Shown: one piece after another, positions 12,461 through 22,784 of the stretch
How positions within the stretch are numbered: the first letter of the stretch is position 1
Layout: every line of letters starts with the position of its first letter
Source of the DNA: Lama guanicoe
Lineage: Eukaryota
NCBI GenBank assembly: GCA_013239625.1
Contig: MU053934.1
Coordinates: 12,745,413 to 12,779,720, forward strand
Direction of reading: 5' to 3'
DNA: 34,308 nt
Program-made: the position numbers and the translations under genes
Notes under the pieces: model-generated
What the model was told of the DNA's origin: nothing
The model's database searches: none
Seen by the model: only the letters and a program-made list of their open reading frames with translations

Positions 12461-12769
12461 CAGTGGGCGATTTGAACATTTTTTTTTTGAATAACTCGTT
12501 TGTTGTTATCCAAGGATGGAGCCAGCCGGGAGTGGGCCAGATTTGTCAGCGAACTTAGTCTCCCTTCCACGCAGGCCAGCAGGGGAACGCTGGCTCCGGG
12601 GCATTCAGTGACTTATTCAGGAAGGAATTGAGAGGGCAGCCGTGGGCTGTGGAGAGCAAAACAGAGCTGCCTTCTTGGAGCTGACCTTCCGGTGGGACAG
12701 ACACGTGTAAATCAAATAGTTGTACCAACACAATTACAAGCATGTCCTCCGAAGAAAACGCGCAAGGAG

Positions 12770-13460
12770 CAGGGAAAGCGTGTGACGGAAAGAGGGCTGA
12801 GCTCCCGTGAGCGGCGCTAACCAAGGCAACGCCGCGGCACTCCCGCGCCCCGCTTCGCGAGGGCCTCCTAACGCTCCCGCGGCGCCCGGAACGCGCAGCG
12901 AGGGCCAGAGGACAGCCAGGCTCCACCCCGCCCAAACCCGCCCCAAAGACCCGGCCGCAGCGTCAGAACAGGACAGGAGGCCTCGGGCAGCACCTTCCTC
13001 CCCGACTCCCACGGGCTTCGTGGGAAGGGGCACAGGCGACAGCGGACGTGTCACTGCCCCGTAAGCTGACCTGGCAGGGCTCCCACCTCTGCGCGGGGAC
13101 ACCGGAGCCTGTGAGCGGACGCTTCTCCGGGGCAGCGCCGGGCCCTCTCGCCGGCCCCCCAGCCCCCGGGTCCCGGGGAGGAAGGAGGGGCCGGCGCCTG
13201 AGGGAAGAGGGCGCGGACCACGCTCGACCCCCACCCCACCTCGGGAACACGCCTGTCGCGTCTGCCCACGCGACTGTGAGTTCACACAGACACGCACTCA
13301 CCGCGGACAGCGGAGTTCGGCAGAGTTTCCAGCAGCAGCTCCCGCAGCCTCTCCCGCCTCTCCCGCGGGAGCGGCTGGGGCTTCTCGGGGATCGGAGGCC
13401 ACGCCCACTCCTGTGGGGCCGGGGGAGGGGAAGGGAGTGGGAGGAGCGCCTCCCAGAGCT
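12770..13460. promoter_or_regulatory. Second CpG island
   Basis: CpG-dense block separated from the first by an AT-richer gap. GC boxes (CCCGCCC) at ~12927 and ~12937. Donors: GCG|gtgagt on minus at 13302 and CCC|gtaagc on plus at 13060. Confidence 0.7.
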
Positions 13461-13605
13461 GACCTGCCCCAACCCCAGAAATGGCTGCAACCCTCTAGCT
13501 CCAGAGGGGACCCCACTGTGGGGACAGCACTGCCCCGTTGGGGGCCACGCAGCCTCACAGCCAACAGTCTGAAGGGACCTGACCCTCACAGAGAACGTGA
13601 GAGTA

Positions 13606-13748
13606 TCCAGACTGTGACCATGGCATCTAGTGGTCAGAGGTGAGGACACAGGTTGTCCTGGGTGTCACCACGGGGCCCAGGGGTCAGAGGATGAGGACAT
13701 CCTGGATGTGACCACAGGGCCAAGGATCGGAGGACAGCGGTGTGAGGA
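13606..13748 (+). repeat. Degenerate ~44-50 bp minisatellite, 3 copies
   Basis: tccagactgtgaccatggcatctagtggtcagaggtgaggaca / tcctgggtgtcaccacggggcccaggggtcagaggatgaggaca / tcctggatgtgaccacagggccaaggatcggaggaca. Confidence 0.6.
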
Positions 13749-15319
13749 TGACCAGACTGCCTGACTGGGCTCTGGTCACTGTCCATCACTGCAGTCACTG
13801 GACCCCAGTGCCAGAGCATCATCCCTGAGATGTCCATGCCTGTGATTTCTGAGCATGTTGGTCAACAAACGACCAGGTCCTCCATTGAAGTGCTGGCCCT
13901 TCTACCCTGAGTGGCCCTTGCCAGGCGCCAACCAGAGTGTGTGGTCTCAGGGGCTACAAGTGGATCCCCAGGGCAAATCCACACCTGGACCCTGAGGTGA
14001 CCACAGCCCAGGAGGGTGGGTTCCTCACATCTGTCATCCTCTCAGGGAGTGTCTTGCACATCTGCACCCCTCATGCTGGCTGGAGGCCAATGGAACAGAG
14101 TGGACAAACGCTGGGGTGGCTCAGAGGGCTGACTGGGGTGAATTCTCTCGGGGGCCTCTCACTCTTGACTGTACCCTTGTCCCTCAGTCACCGCTGCACA
14201 TGGACTTTGGGCTGCTGTCCTCTTATGGGGATGTCCACTCAGCTGCCCAACAGCATCCATCTGACTCCTCTTTCCCTCCCTCCCTCCACCTCCTACCCTT
14301 CATATTTCCTGCCCCGCCCCTGCTCTCCCTCCCCTGGCCCCAAGCTCTCCTCTCTGCACCCTCCACAGCCCAGGGCCCCAGGTGGAGCCTGTAAAAGGGG
14401 GCCTTGACTTCCTCCTCCCCTGCTCCCCACACTGCCTGAAGGCTAAACCCTCACTCCTGGCCAATGCTCACCTTCCCCCAGGTGAGGTTTCCTCCTGTCC
14501 TTCACCCGCCTGCCTTCAGGGGGCAGAATCATGGCCCAAAGTTGTCAAATCCTGGAGCCTGGGACTTCATCAGGCTCCCTGAAAGAGGGGAATTAGGTTG
14601 CAGAGCAGCTGAGTGTGGAGCAGGGGAAGTTTCCTCATCACCCAGGTGGTGGTGCAATCACAGGGCTGTAAATGTGGATGAGGGGCAGGATGGGTGTCAG
14701 TGACTCTGTGGGAAGGACTCCCTCACCATTGCTGGGAGGAAGAGTCCCGAGCCAAGGATGCAGGGCTCCAGTAACTGGAAAGACAGGACAGGGACCCTCC
14801 CCTGGAGCCCCCGGAAGGAACCACCCTGCCCACACCTGCACCAGTCCAGAGAGACTACGTGGGACTTGTGACCTACCAGACTTTTGTGGAAGCTGTAACA
14901 GCAGCTGCGGGGGACTAATGCAGTGTCTCTTTCCTGCAGCTGCTTCCCCTGCCTGATTCTGCCCTCCACCTCCTTCCTCCAGTCCAGCTCAGAGGCTGCC
15001 TCCTCCATGCAGCCCGCCCAGCTGTACCGAGGCCAGAAGTTCTTTCTCTCCCTGTTCCCAGCATCCAGGCCCTTATCCTGCTGCCCCTCACACCCTCACA
15101 CATGGGGATGAAAGCTACCTCTGTGTCATTCCTGCTATAAGGGCACAGGGACCAGGTCCCACATATGCTTGTGGCCCAGACAGTCGGAGCAATACCTCCT
15201 ACAGAGCAGCTGATCTGTCTCAGAGATAAAGACCCCGACATCATCCAATGCAACAACCACATCAATTTCCTAAGCATGGAGAGTGGGAGGCTTTTCTAAA
15301 AAATCTTGGCATAGATTTT

Positions 15320-15660
15320 TTTATTGTTAAATATTGTTTTGTTTTCAAGGGAACAATTCAGTAGTGTTTATCATACTCACAGTGCCTGCAAGCACCACCT
15401 CTCTCTGGTTCCAGCACATCCTCATCCCCTAAAGGAGACCCCATCCCACTAACCACTCACTCCCCATATCCCCTCCCTTTCCCCTGAAAACACCAGATTA
15501 CTTTTGTCCCCATAGATTTGCCTGCTGTGTACATTTCATGTAAATGGAACCAAGGAAATGTGACATTGGTGTCTGTCTTCTCTCCTGAGCATCATATCCT
15601 CAGGGTTCCTCCACGTTGCAGCAGGTGTCAGGGCTTTGTTCCTGCCGAGCCATTTTCCAC
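15320..15660 (-). mobile_element. L1MB-like 3' UTR fragment
   Basis: acaattcagtagtgtttatcatactcacag..catagatttgcctg..catttcatgtaaatggaacc. Confidence 0.75.
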
Positions 15661-15924
15661 TAGGGAATGAGAGTAACTGTCACTTCAAACAGAAGTGACA
15701 ACCTGTACACCCCATTCTGACAGAGCAACCCCAGGGGAACAGTGTAACCTCATTACATTAGATGTTCTTTTTGGGGATCTGGACAAACACACAACCTGCC
15801 CCCCTCCTAACAAACCATCACACTGAGCACAGGGGACCCAGGTAAAGGTAGGGGGTACACGTGAGGCAGAGGGCCCAGAGGTGGAGACTCAGGGAAACCT
15901 GCATCACTCCTCGCTGACCCACTG

Positions 15925-16050
15925 ACCCTATCTGGGCCCCTACCCTACTGTGGACGTCCCCACATCTAAGCCCTGGCCCCCTCCATCTGAGCCCTGACCC
16001 CACAGTGGATGTCCCCGCATCTGAGCCCTGACCTCATGGTGGACATCCTT
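15925..16050 (+). repeat. ~34-bp minisatellite, ~3.5 copies
   Basis: Unit atctgagccctgaccccacagtggatgtccccgc, repeated with variation. Confidence 0.65.
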
Positions 16051-16253
16051 CCCATGTGGTTCCTGCAGCCCCGTGGCAGCCCCTAGCCTTATTCTCATCC
16101 TCCTTCTCTTGTCTCTGATCAGCCTGCCTGTGGGTCCCAGAAGTGTTGGTCCAAACTCTGGAATGGCTCACCTGGGTCAGCCCCATCCCTGCCTCTTGAC
16201 TTTGGACATAACCTTTGTCCCTTCCGTCCTTGGTTCCTGCCAGGAATCGGGGG

Positions 16254-16658
16254 TGTCACAGTGACATTTATCTCATTACACCTTCATTGTAATACTAAAA
16301 ATCGCTCCACTTACACCGTGACAATTCTGAGGTGGACCATAAAAGGCCAGAAAGTGGGCAGTGGCCCAATACCTGGGAAATCCCCACCCATCCCCCAAAT
16401 AGCAAGACTATTCCTCCCACTTGTTAGCCTGGGAAATTACTTAACCCATTAAAAACTTATGAACCCCGTGCCCTGGGGCTGCTCTCACTTCCTGAGTAGT
16501 CCACTTTCTGCTTATGCCTGACTCTCTAAATAAGCTTGCTTTCCCTCTACTAAGGCTCGCTCTTGAATTCTTTCCTGTGCGAAGCCAAGAACCGTCACTA
16601 AGTGGTCTGTCCTGAGGACCCCTGCAGGTCCCAGGACATGACACTTTCCATGCCAGCA
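16254..16658 (+). mobile_element. ERV1 LTR (MER41-like), boundaries approximate
   Basis: gaccataaaaggccagaaagtgggcagtggcccaat..; ctcgctcttgaattctttcctgtgcgaagccaagaacc is the characteristic U5 segment of this LTR group. Confidence 0.7.
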
Positions 16659-18083
16659 ATGGTAGGGACTGGGGATGAGAGTGGTCACTCCAGCATCACT
16701 CAGCTCCTCCTCTCAGTGACCAGGAGAGGGAAGGCTAGAGGAGCCCAAGGCCCAACATAGGTGAAGCTCACCCCACCCCACCACAGGGACCCCTCCGGCC
16801 CCATCCTGCTTACTCAGGCCCACCGTCTGCACCCCCCCAGTATCCATGTCCCACTGACCCACATTCCTGGTGTGAATGTCCATGTACACAAGCTGCTTCC
16901 CACAGAGGATATCCACCTCCCTCCAGCTGTCATTCTCCCTGACAACAACCTGGACCCTGCACGTCCTGAGAAGGAGGAAACCGAGGAAGAGGCTGGTCTG
17001 TCCTGCCCACCTCCTGGGGGCCACTGAGCCTTGAGGTCTGGATGCTTCCAGGTGTGGGATGAACCTGCCACTGCTCATTGGAGCCTCCTCCTCTGAGATC
17101 CAGGAAATAGGAGGACCCATTAAAATGAGCCCATCCCGAGGATCAAGTCCACTTGGATTTGCCCTCCTGACCCTAAACTAAGACCTGCGGAAAACAGAGC
17201 CTGTGATTCCCCTAAAGCTCGTTCTGCAAAGTTTCTACCAGATCCCTTTCTACCCTGTTCTGAGCAAAGTGCTAGTCAATCCACACTGCCGTCCCCCCAT
17301 GAGCAGACCGGGAAGCTGAGGCTCCGAGGAGCCAAGTGACTGCCCAGAAGCACAGATGTGGATCCACAGAGTGGAGTCTGTGCTCACCACCTGCCCATGG
17401 TGGCCCCCAGCAGGTTCCACATCCCCCCTCTGAGGGACCAGCTCACAGAGCCTCCTCTTAGGAGGACTCGCCTTGCAAAACCTTCTCTTCAGTGGAACTC
17501 ATTACAAAACCTTCCTTTAACAAGATTCATCTTACAATCCTGTTTTTAGGGTCACCCAGGAGGCTTGTCACCCTGAAGTGGGTTCAGCCTTGTTTACGAG
17601 GGCAGCTTTCTGGAGTCACACTCACCGCCTTCTTGTGAACTCCCAACTCAGGCCCAGAAAGACCCCCTCGTGCCCCGAGCCTCATGGCTCTGCCTGTGTC
17701 CCTGCTCCCCTCCTGCCTGGTCCCTCCCTCCCGTGTCCCCTGCAGAGTCACCAGGAGCTCCCACCTGCCCAAGGCAGGCTGCCTGCTCTGCTTTGGGGAG
17801 GCCTCTGCTGTGTCAGGTAGAAGAAACAGGAGGTACCTGTGGGGCCATCCTCACACAGCACAGAAGCCAGCACCCACCTACTGACCTGGTAAGTCTTGAT
17901 AGGCCTGGGTGGGGCTCAGAAACATGGAACATCTCTTGGTTCTCATCTCATTCCAGCACTGCCCGGGGCGAGTAGCTAAACAACTCTGCCAGCAGCAAAG
18001 TGAGGATGTGTGTTCTCAGGCCCCTCCCAGGATATGGTGCTCACCTGGCCAGGAACCCAGCAGCCCATGGGGTTCACATGGGT

Positions 18084-18290
18084 GGGCACTGGGAGGCCCC
18101 AGGTGTTTGAGCTCAGCAACCAGGGAAGGTGGGGCTGCCTCCTGGGGTGTGGGGAGCGGCAGGATCACAGTCCTGTGAGGGGCCTGTTAGCCAAGGTGAA
18201 AGGGGACGCAAGGATGCAGCGGTTGGAGAGATGAATCTGGCCTGGGAGAGGGGTCCAGAGAGGAAGGGGAGAGACTGGGTGGGGGCAGGT
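18084..18290 (+). repeat. Copy 1 of a dispersed direct duplication (copy 2 at ~33751-33948)
   Basis: actgggaggccccaggtgt..tcacagtcctgtgagg..tgggagaggggtccag is shared with 33754-33930, about 80% identical by eye. Confidence 0.85.
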
Positions 18291-18369
18291 GGGTTACAGC
18301 AGATTCCATGCAGGGGACTGCAGTCCTGATGGAAGCAACTCAGAGCTGGAGAGGAGTGGCCGGCAGGTA

Positions 18370-21300
18370 GTCAACTTAATTCTATTCCTTGGTAAAGCTG
18401 CTGTGTCAGAGTTTGAAACACCACCAGGAGACCCTGAGCCCAGTTCTGCCCTGGCTTTGTCCAAGGGGCTCAAGTGGAAAACAGAACCACTGCAGGCCCT
18501 GCCCATGTCCCCACGGAGAACGAATCCCATCAGCGTTAGGGTTAGGGTAAGGGTTAAGGATCAGGGTCAGGGTCAGGGTCAGTCCTCTGGGGACCAAAGC
18601 ATTTCCATCTACCGCATTGGCTGCCACGTGCAGTGGCAGGGCCAGCGGCTGGGGGGCCATGTGGATGCTGTGGGGTATCCACGGCAGTTCATGGTTCTCG
18701 TCTGAGACACAGAGGGAAGGACCCTGGTCCTAGGGCACCGCTGGGAGACACAGGGTCCTGCCTCCCCAGCAGGACCCACCAGGAGGCCGTCCCAGGGTCT
18801 GAGGTGCTGAGGTTCCCACAGCCAACAAACAGGTGAGGGCTGAGGCCTCAGAGGCCCTGACTAGTGAGGGGCCTGGTGAAGAGCTGGAAATTCTGACAAT
18901 ATGAACAGTGCATGTTCTGCTGTCCTGGATGCCACAAATTACTATTCTCAATGTGAGAAATTCATACACACCCAGACAGGCAGGTACAATATACAGGAGG
19001 TAGTCTGCCCAGAAGCGCCTGCCCTGTGTATGCTCTGGTGAAAATCATGTGACTGGATGTCCCCCTGACATCAGGACACAACTGCTTAGATTTCTACTCA
19101 GCAGTTTGTCCCTCTCAATTTTTATTTCAGCATTTCCTATTTAAAATTTGGATTGCACCAATTCTTGCTTCCAAACCACAATGGCTCTGTTGCTGGGTCC
19201 TCTAATGAGGGAGATAATCTGGCCTGCACAGCTGTAGAAGGATTCGCTTTCTCCCCTGAGCCCCCAGGTGGGAAACCCTTGGGAACAGTTACGGAGGAAA
19301 GTCCAGGCAGGACCATCTGTCCAGCAAGCCCTTGGGCTGCCGAGCTGGATTTTCACACCCAAGAGGGAAGTAACCCACCTCCTGCATGCATTTTGTGAAA
19401 CACCACCCACTGTTACCAACAGGACTGGGACACACGTCATGTCAAGACAAGAAGGCAGGATGTGGGCGTGAGCCCTCTGGCTCCTCAGGTGTGAGAAGGC
19501 ATCTCCCAGGTGTACACTCAGCCCTGAACTTTGCTGACCTTCTGCCTTGAATAGACTCATACTCTCTGGATAGTGACGTGGGTCCTGGAGTCAACCAGTC
19601 TGATAGGAGTCTGCACAAAAGCATCCCGGGGACCAGTGCTCCAGACGCCCAGCCATGGACACCTGCTGACATTTATCAAGTGCTTACAGCGCGCTCAGGG
19701 AGAAGGAAGAAGCTGTTTTCCTCTATTTCCAGCGCAAATCAGAGATGGACAAGTCCATTTGAATCAACCACAGGAGTTTTCAGAAAAGATGTTTTCCTGA
19801 TACAGTGAAGGACATCTCGAAGAGAAGTTACCTCATCTCTTTGGGGGGAGGGAAGATGGGTTTATATAACCCATCTTTTCTTATCACAAATAATTTAAAA
19901 TATAATGCCAATGTAAAGTGGATTTTAGTGGACTTAACTGAAATCCTTATTGCCCCACTAAATACAGTGTGGAGTAGCAATCGGCTCAGCGCTCATTTTG
20001 TATGGGAAGAAAAAGGGGTTCCTCCTGGTGCCCTAGCCACCTGAAAAGGGGGTGACACAGACCACGGGAAGCTTTTAAATTTAGGATATTGTGCAAAAGA
20101 AAATCTGGGATTATGTCAAGTGCAGTCAGGCACTATAAAGGGTTGTTAAAATTAAGAACTTTGCTGTTGAAATTGTTAGGCTTAATGCTGCAGAGCTACG
20201 AAGAGTCTCCAGTAGACATTTGTGATATTTACATTTTTATCTCATCAAGCAATTAAAATAGAGGTCATTTCAGGGGAAATTTTTTTTATCATAGAAAATT
20301 GAGTTGAAAGTAAGCACTTTCTTATTTCAATAGTTGAAATCTATTCTCAGACACACACATTTTCCCAGCTGTGCTGTGAGCAGAGTCCGGGAGATTCAGT
20401 GCGGCATCTGCCCAGAGAGGGGAGGGCCCTCCTGGCTCCGACCACTGCCGGCCTCGCGGTGCCCTGGAAACCAAGGTTAAGGGGCAGAGTTGCTGCCTTT
20501 GAAATTTGTGTACTGAGTGTTTAGTTCCACCTTCTGGTTGAGGAACTCAACACCCTTTAAAATGAGTGAAAGCCTGCACGTGAATGGTGTGTTATGATTG
20601 CTGCAAATTGTTTTAATCTAAGCTGCAAATGCTTTAATCTAAGCTAGCAAAGTTGGTTACTTCGCTAATAGCAGGTTCTGAAATGATCACTTTTGGAATT
20701 TAAAGTTCCAGAAATGCACATCATTAGTGTTTTATCAGCCTAAACTATTATACAACTTTGATCTAACTCACAAAACTGAGTGCACATTGTAGGCGGCTTG
20801 TGTGTCTGAACATTTGTGTTTGCTGAAAAGATAATAATTACAGCACATAAAAATAGTTGTCTGTTGTAATTTTACTTTTTCCTTCTTTTCTCTTAAAACT
20901 GTCAAAAACTCTAAAGTTTTTGCTTACCTAGTTAACAGAAACAAGCAATATTTTTATTTTATTTTGGCTACTTGTTACATAATTCAGATAGTTACTAAAG
21001 GAACAGGATCATACCAGCAAATATTTTAAATTTTAGTTTATCATTTTTATATAAATGCCAGTGAATTATTTCCTGAGTGGGTGAGATGCGTACAATGTTT
21101 AAAAGCAACTTCTGGTGTTTGTGGAGAAGCATTTTAAAAAATATTTTTTGAGGTGAATTTGAGTTGCAAAGGAGGGGGAATGCCTGTGATAACAAGTGGA
21201 CAGCAACTTGAGAACACGTCAGGACCACAGCCCTGAGCCTCTCAGGCCTCCACCCACCCTAGTTCTGTGGGGGAGGGGGGGTCTCAGCCCCCAGCCCACG

Positions 21301-22774
21301 CTGGGGTACGTGCCCCTCCACCCACAACTCATTTTAGAAACTTTCCTGACTTTCCCGCCTTCCCCTCTCGCTCACACTCCTGCGTCTCCTCATTTTTTGT
21401 TGGATCTCGTGTGTAAACAGCACTAGTAAGTAGTCTCTCCACCCAGAAGAGCAAACTCTGAGAGGCGCTGCTAACCCAGGAGCCCTCCGACCACTTGCCT
21501 TGTAAACCTGGCAGGGGGAGCCCTGCCCTCTCGAGGCCTGGGGTCTCCTGAGCTCCAGGTCCTGCAGCCCTTGCCTGAGGAACTGGCCTCTCACCGAGGC
21601 GGCATCCAGTGCCCTTTGTAAGTTCTCTGGAGTTTTTCTGTGGGTTTCCTTAATGCCAGGAACGTTCTCAATGCTGCTCACTCCCAGCCTTAGAATTCTC
21701 TTCTCTGCAGCCCTGCTTCCTCGTCAGGGTCCTTCCACGAGGCTGCAGGACTGGGCACCACAGGAGGTGTGACCTACGGGGAGCTGAGCCCACAGCATCC
21801 ATGGCGCCCTCCAGCCTCAGCTACTTCCTTCATTGCTCTCAGCTGTTTAGGGTCATTTACATTAAAAAAAATTGTGAAGTGTTTAGTAAGACAGTGGTGC
21901 ATAATTAGCGTGCCCACACCCCACTCCAACCTGCTTGGTTTGCTCCATCCATGAAGCAAGGAGCGTTCTGGGGACGGCCCCTGAAAGGGACACGAAGCTG
22001 CCCCTCTGGTGCATCTGTGGGTGAGCAGAGGTGACCGGAGGGACTGTTGGCCCAAGGTTCCCATCAGTTTATTCTCCAAGTGCTACCCGAGTTGTCCACA
22101 AATTAAAGACTGGCAATTAGAGGGAGCTTCTGGGAGCTATTCAACGCAGCATGGGAAGCGTGCATCTGTGGCCTCTCTCTGAGCAGCACCGCCTCCAACA
22201 TCCATCCAGAGTTACTCCCCAAATCCTGCTACTGCGGCCCAGGTGGCGGGAAACCACGGGATGGACCTGTAAACCCTGCGGCGTGCCCTATTGGGGGCGC
22301 TGTTGAACATGTGTGAAACCATCACAGGTGAAGTAGAAGGTGTCACAACCATGAGGCCACATGGGGAGGAGCAGGGGAGCATCACAGCACAATGGTGCAG
22401 TTGGCACGGGGGCTCGGGGAGTGACAGAGATGGAGAGGTTTGTGTGTCTTGGCCCTGGAGCTGGAGGTCAAGCCCAAAGCTCACTCACTTCTGGGTTGAA
22501 CAGGGAGAAGGTGGCTCCAGCCCCAGACATTTCCGTGGCCACCACCACGATTAACTCTGAAGTTGGCTGTATCATCAGGACTTCAGCACAAAACATCCTT
22601 CAGATACAGAGGACCTCCCCCAAAGCAGGGCACAGGACAAAGCTCTTTCACTCCTTCCCCTCTGTCTGCAGGACACAAGGAATGACTCCTCTGGGCTTGC
22701 CATCCTTACTGTGGAATCTGGACTTGGAACCTTTCCTATCTGACCTTTAAATTTGCTCAGCTTTCAAAATAGTA
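18370..22774 (-). pseudogene. Decayed Mab-21-like unit B
   Basis: Candidate exons: 22489-22774 (..ELIVVVATEMSG.., like unit A EIDVVVALDDVG); 22267-22412 (CAV..MW..Y.SPVMVSHMFNSAPNRA~CAV..LW..YLSARKIRSRFQTLVAQA); ~19200-19560 (GYFPLGCE..DRWSCLDF~GFNLLSKE..DAWVLQF); ~18370-18701 (ELPWIPHSIHM~ELPGQPLNNYHM; LMGFVL~LNGILL). Stops and frameshifts present. Confidence 0.55.
18536..18582 (+). repeat. Short degenerate telomeric repeat (TTAGGG and TCAGGG variants)
   Basis: TTAGGG TTAGGG TAAGGG TTAAGGA TCAGGG TCAGGG TCAGGG TCAG. Confidence 0.8.
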
Positions 22775-22784
22775 CTAAACAGAA

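Larger units (their letters stand above)
13730..18044 (-). pseudogene. Decayed multi-exon Mab-21/cGAS-like nucleotidyltransferase gene, unit A
   Basis: Six AG/GT-bounded candidate exons: 17886-18044, 16863-16965, 15119-15269, 14836-14904, 14455-14774 and ~13730-14079. Junction phases are compatible once internal frameshifts are allowed. Collinear matches to remembered MAB21L1: KTYQDV.CRV~KTIREVCKV; EIDVVVALDDVGVF~EFEVVLYLNQMGVF; LDWC-S-YW across a splice~VDKCSYR; EV.QAPGFD..C..AG..W~EVKAEGFN..C..AG..W; EGCR~GGCR; GDPL~GQPL; MDI.QG~LDLFQG. Multiple stops and frameshifts. Confidence 0.72.

Noticed and set aside
12555..13649. Long overlapping ORFs (126-228 aa) in the second CpG island
   Set aside because: They are rich in G, R, P and A, open in several frames on both strands, and have no recognisable domain. 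This is expected from stop-poor GC-rich DNA.
15119..18044. Kinase (LVYMDIHTRNV), GNAT (PYPGRGL), FERM or ZP-domain readings of the candidate exons
   Set aside because: Each matched one short motif with no collinear support in neighbouring exons, unlike the Mab-21 reading.
18612..18701. Alternative frame CRGYPTASTWPPSRWP resembling the Mab-21 WP..WP motif
   Set aside because: It is out of order relative to flanking blocks, and the ELPWIPHSIHM frame fits the collinear position. It shows the chance-match level.
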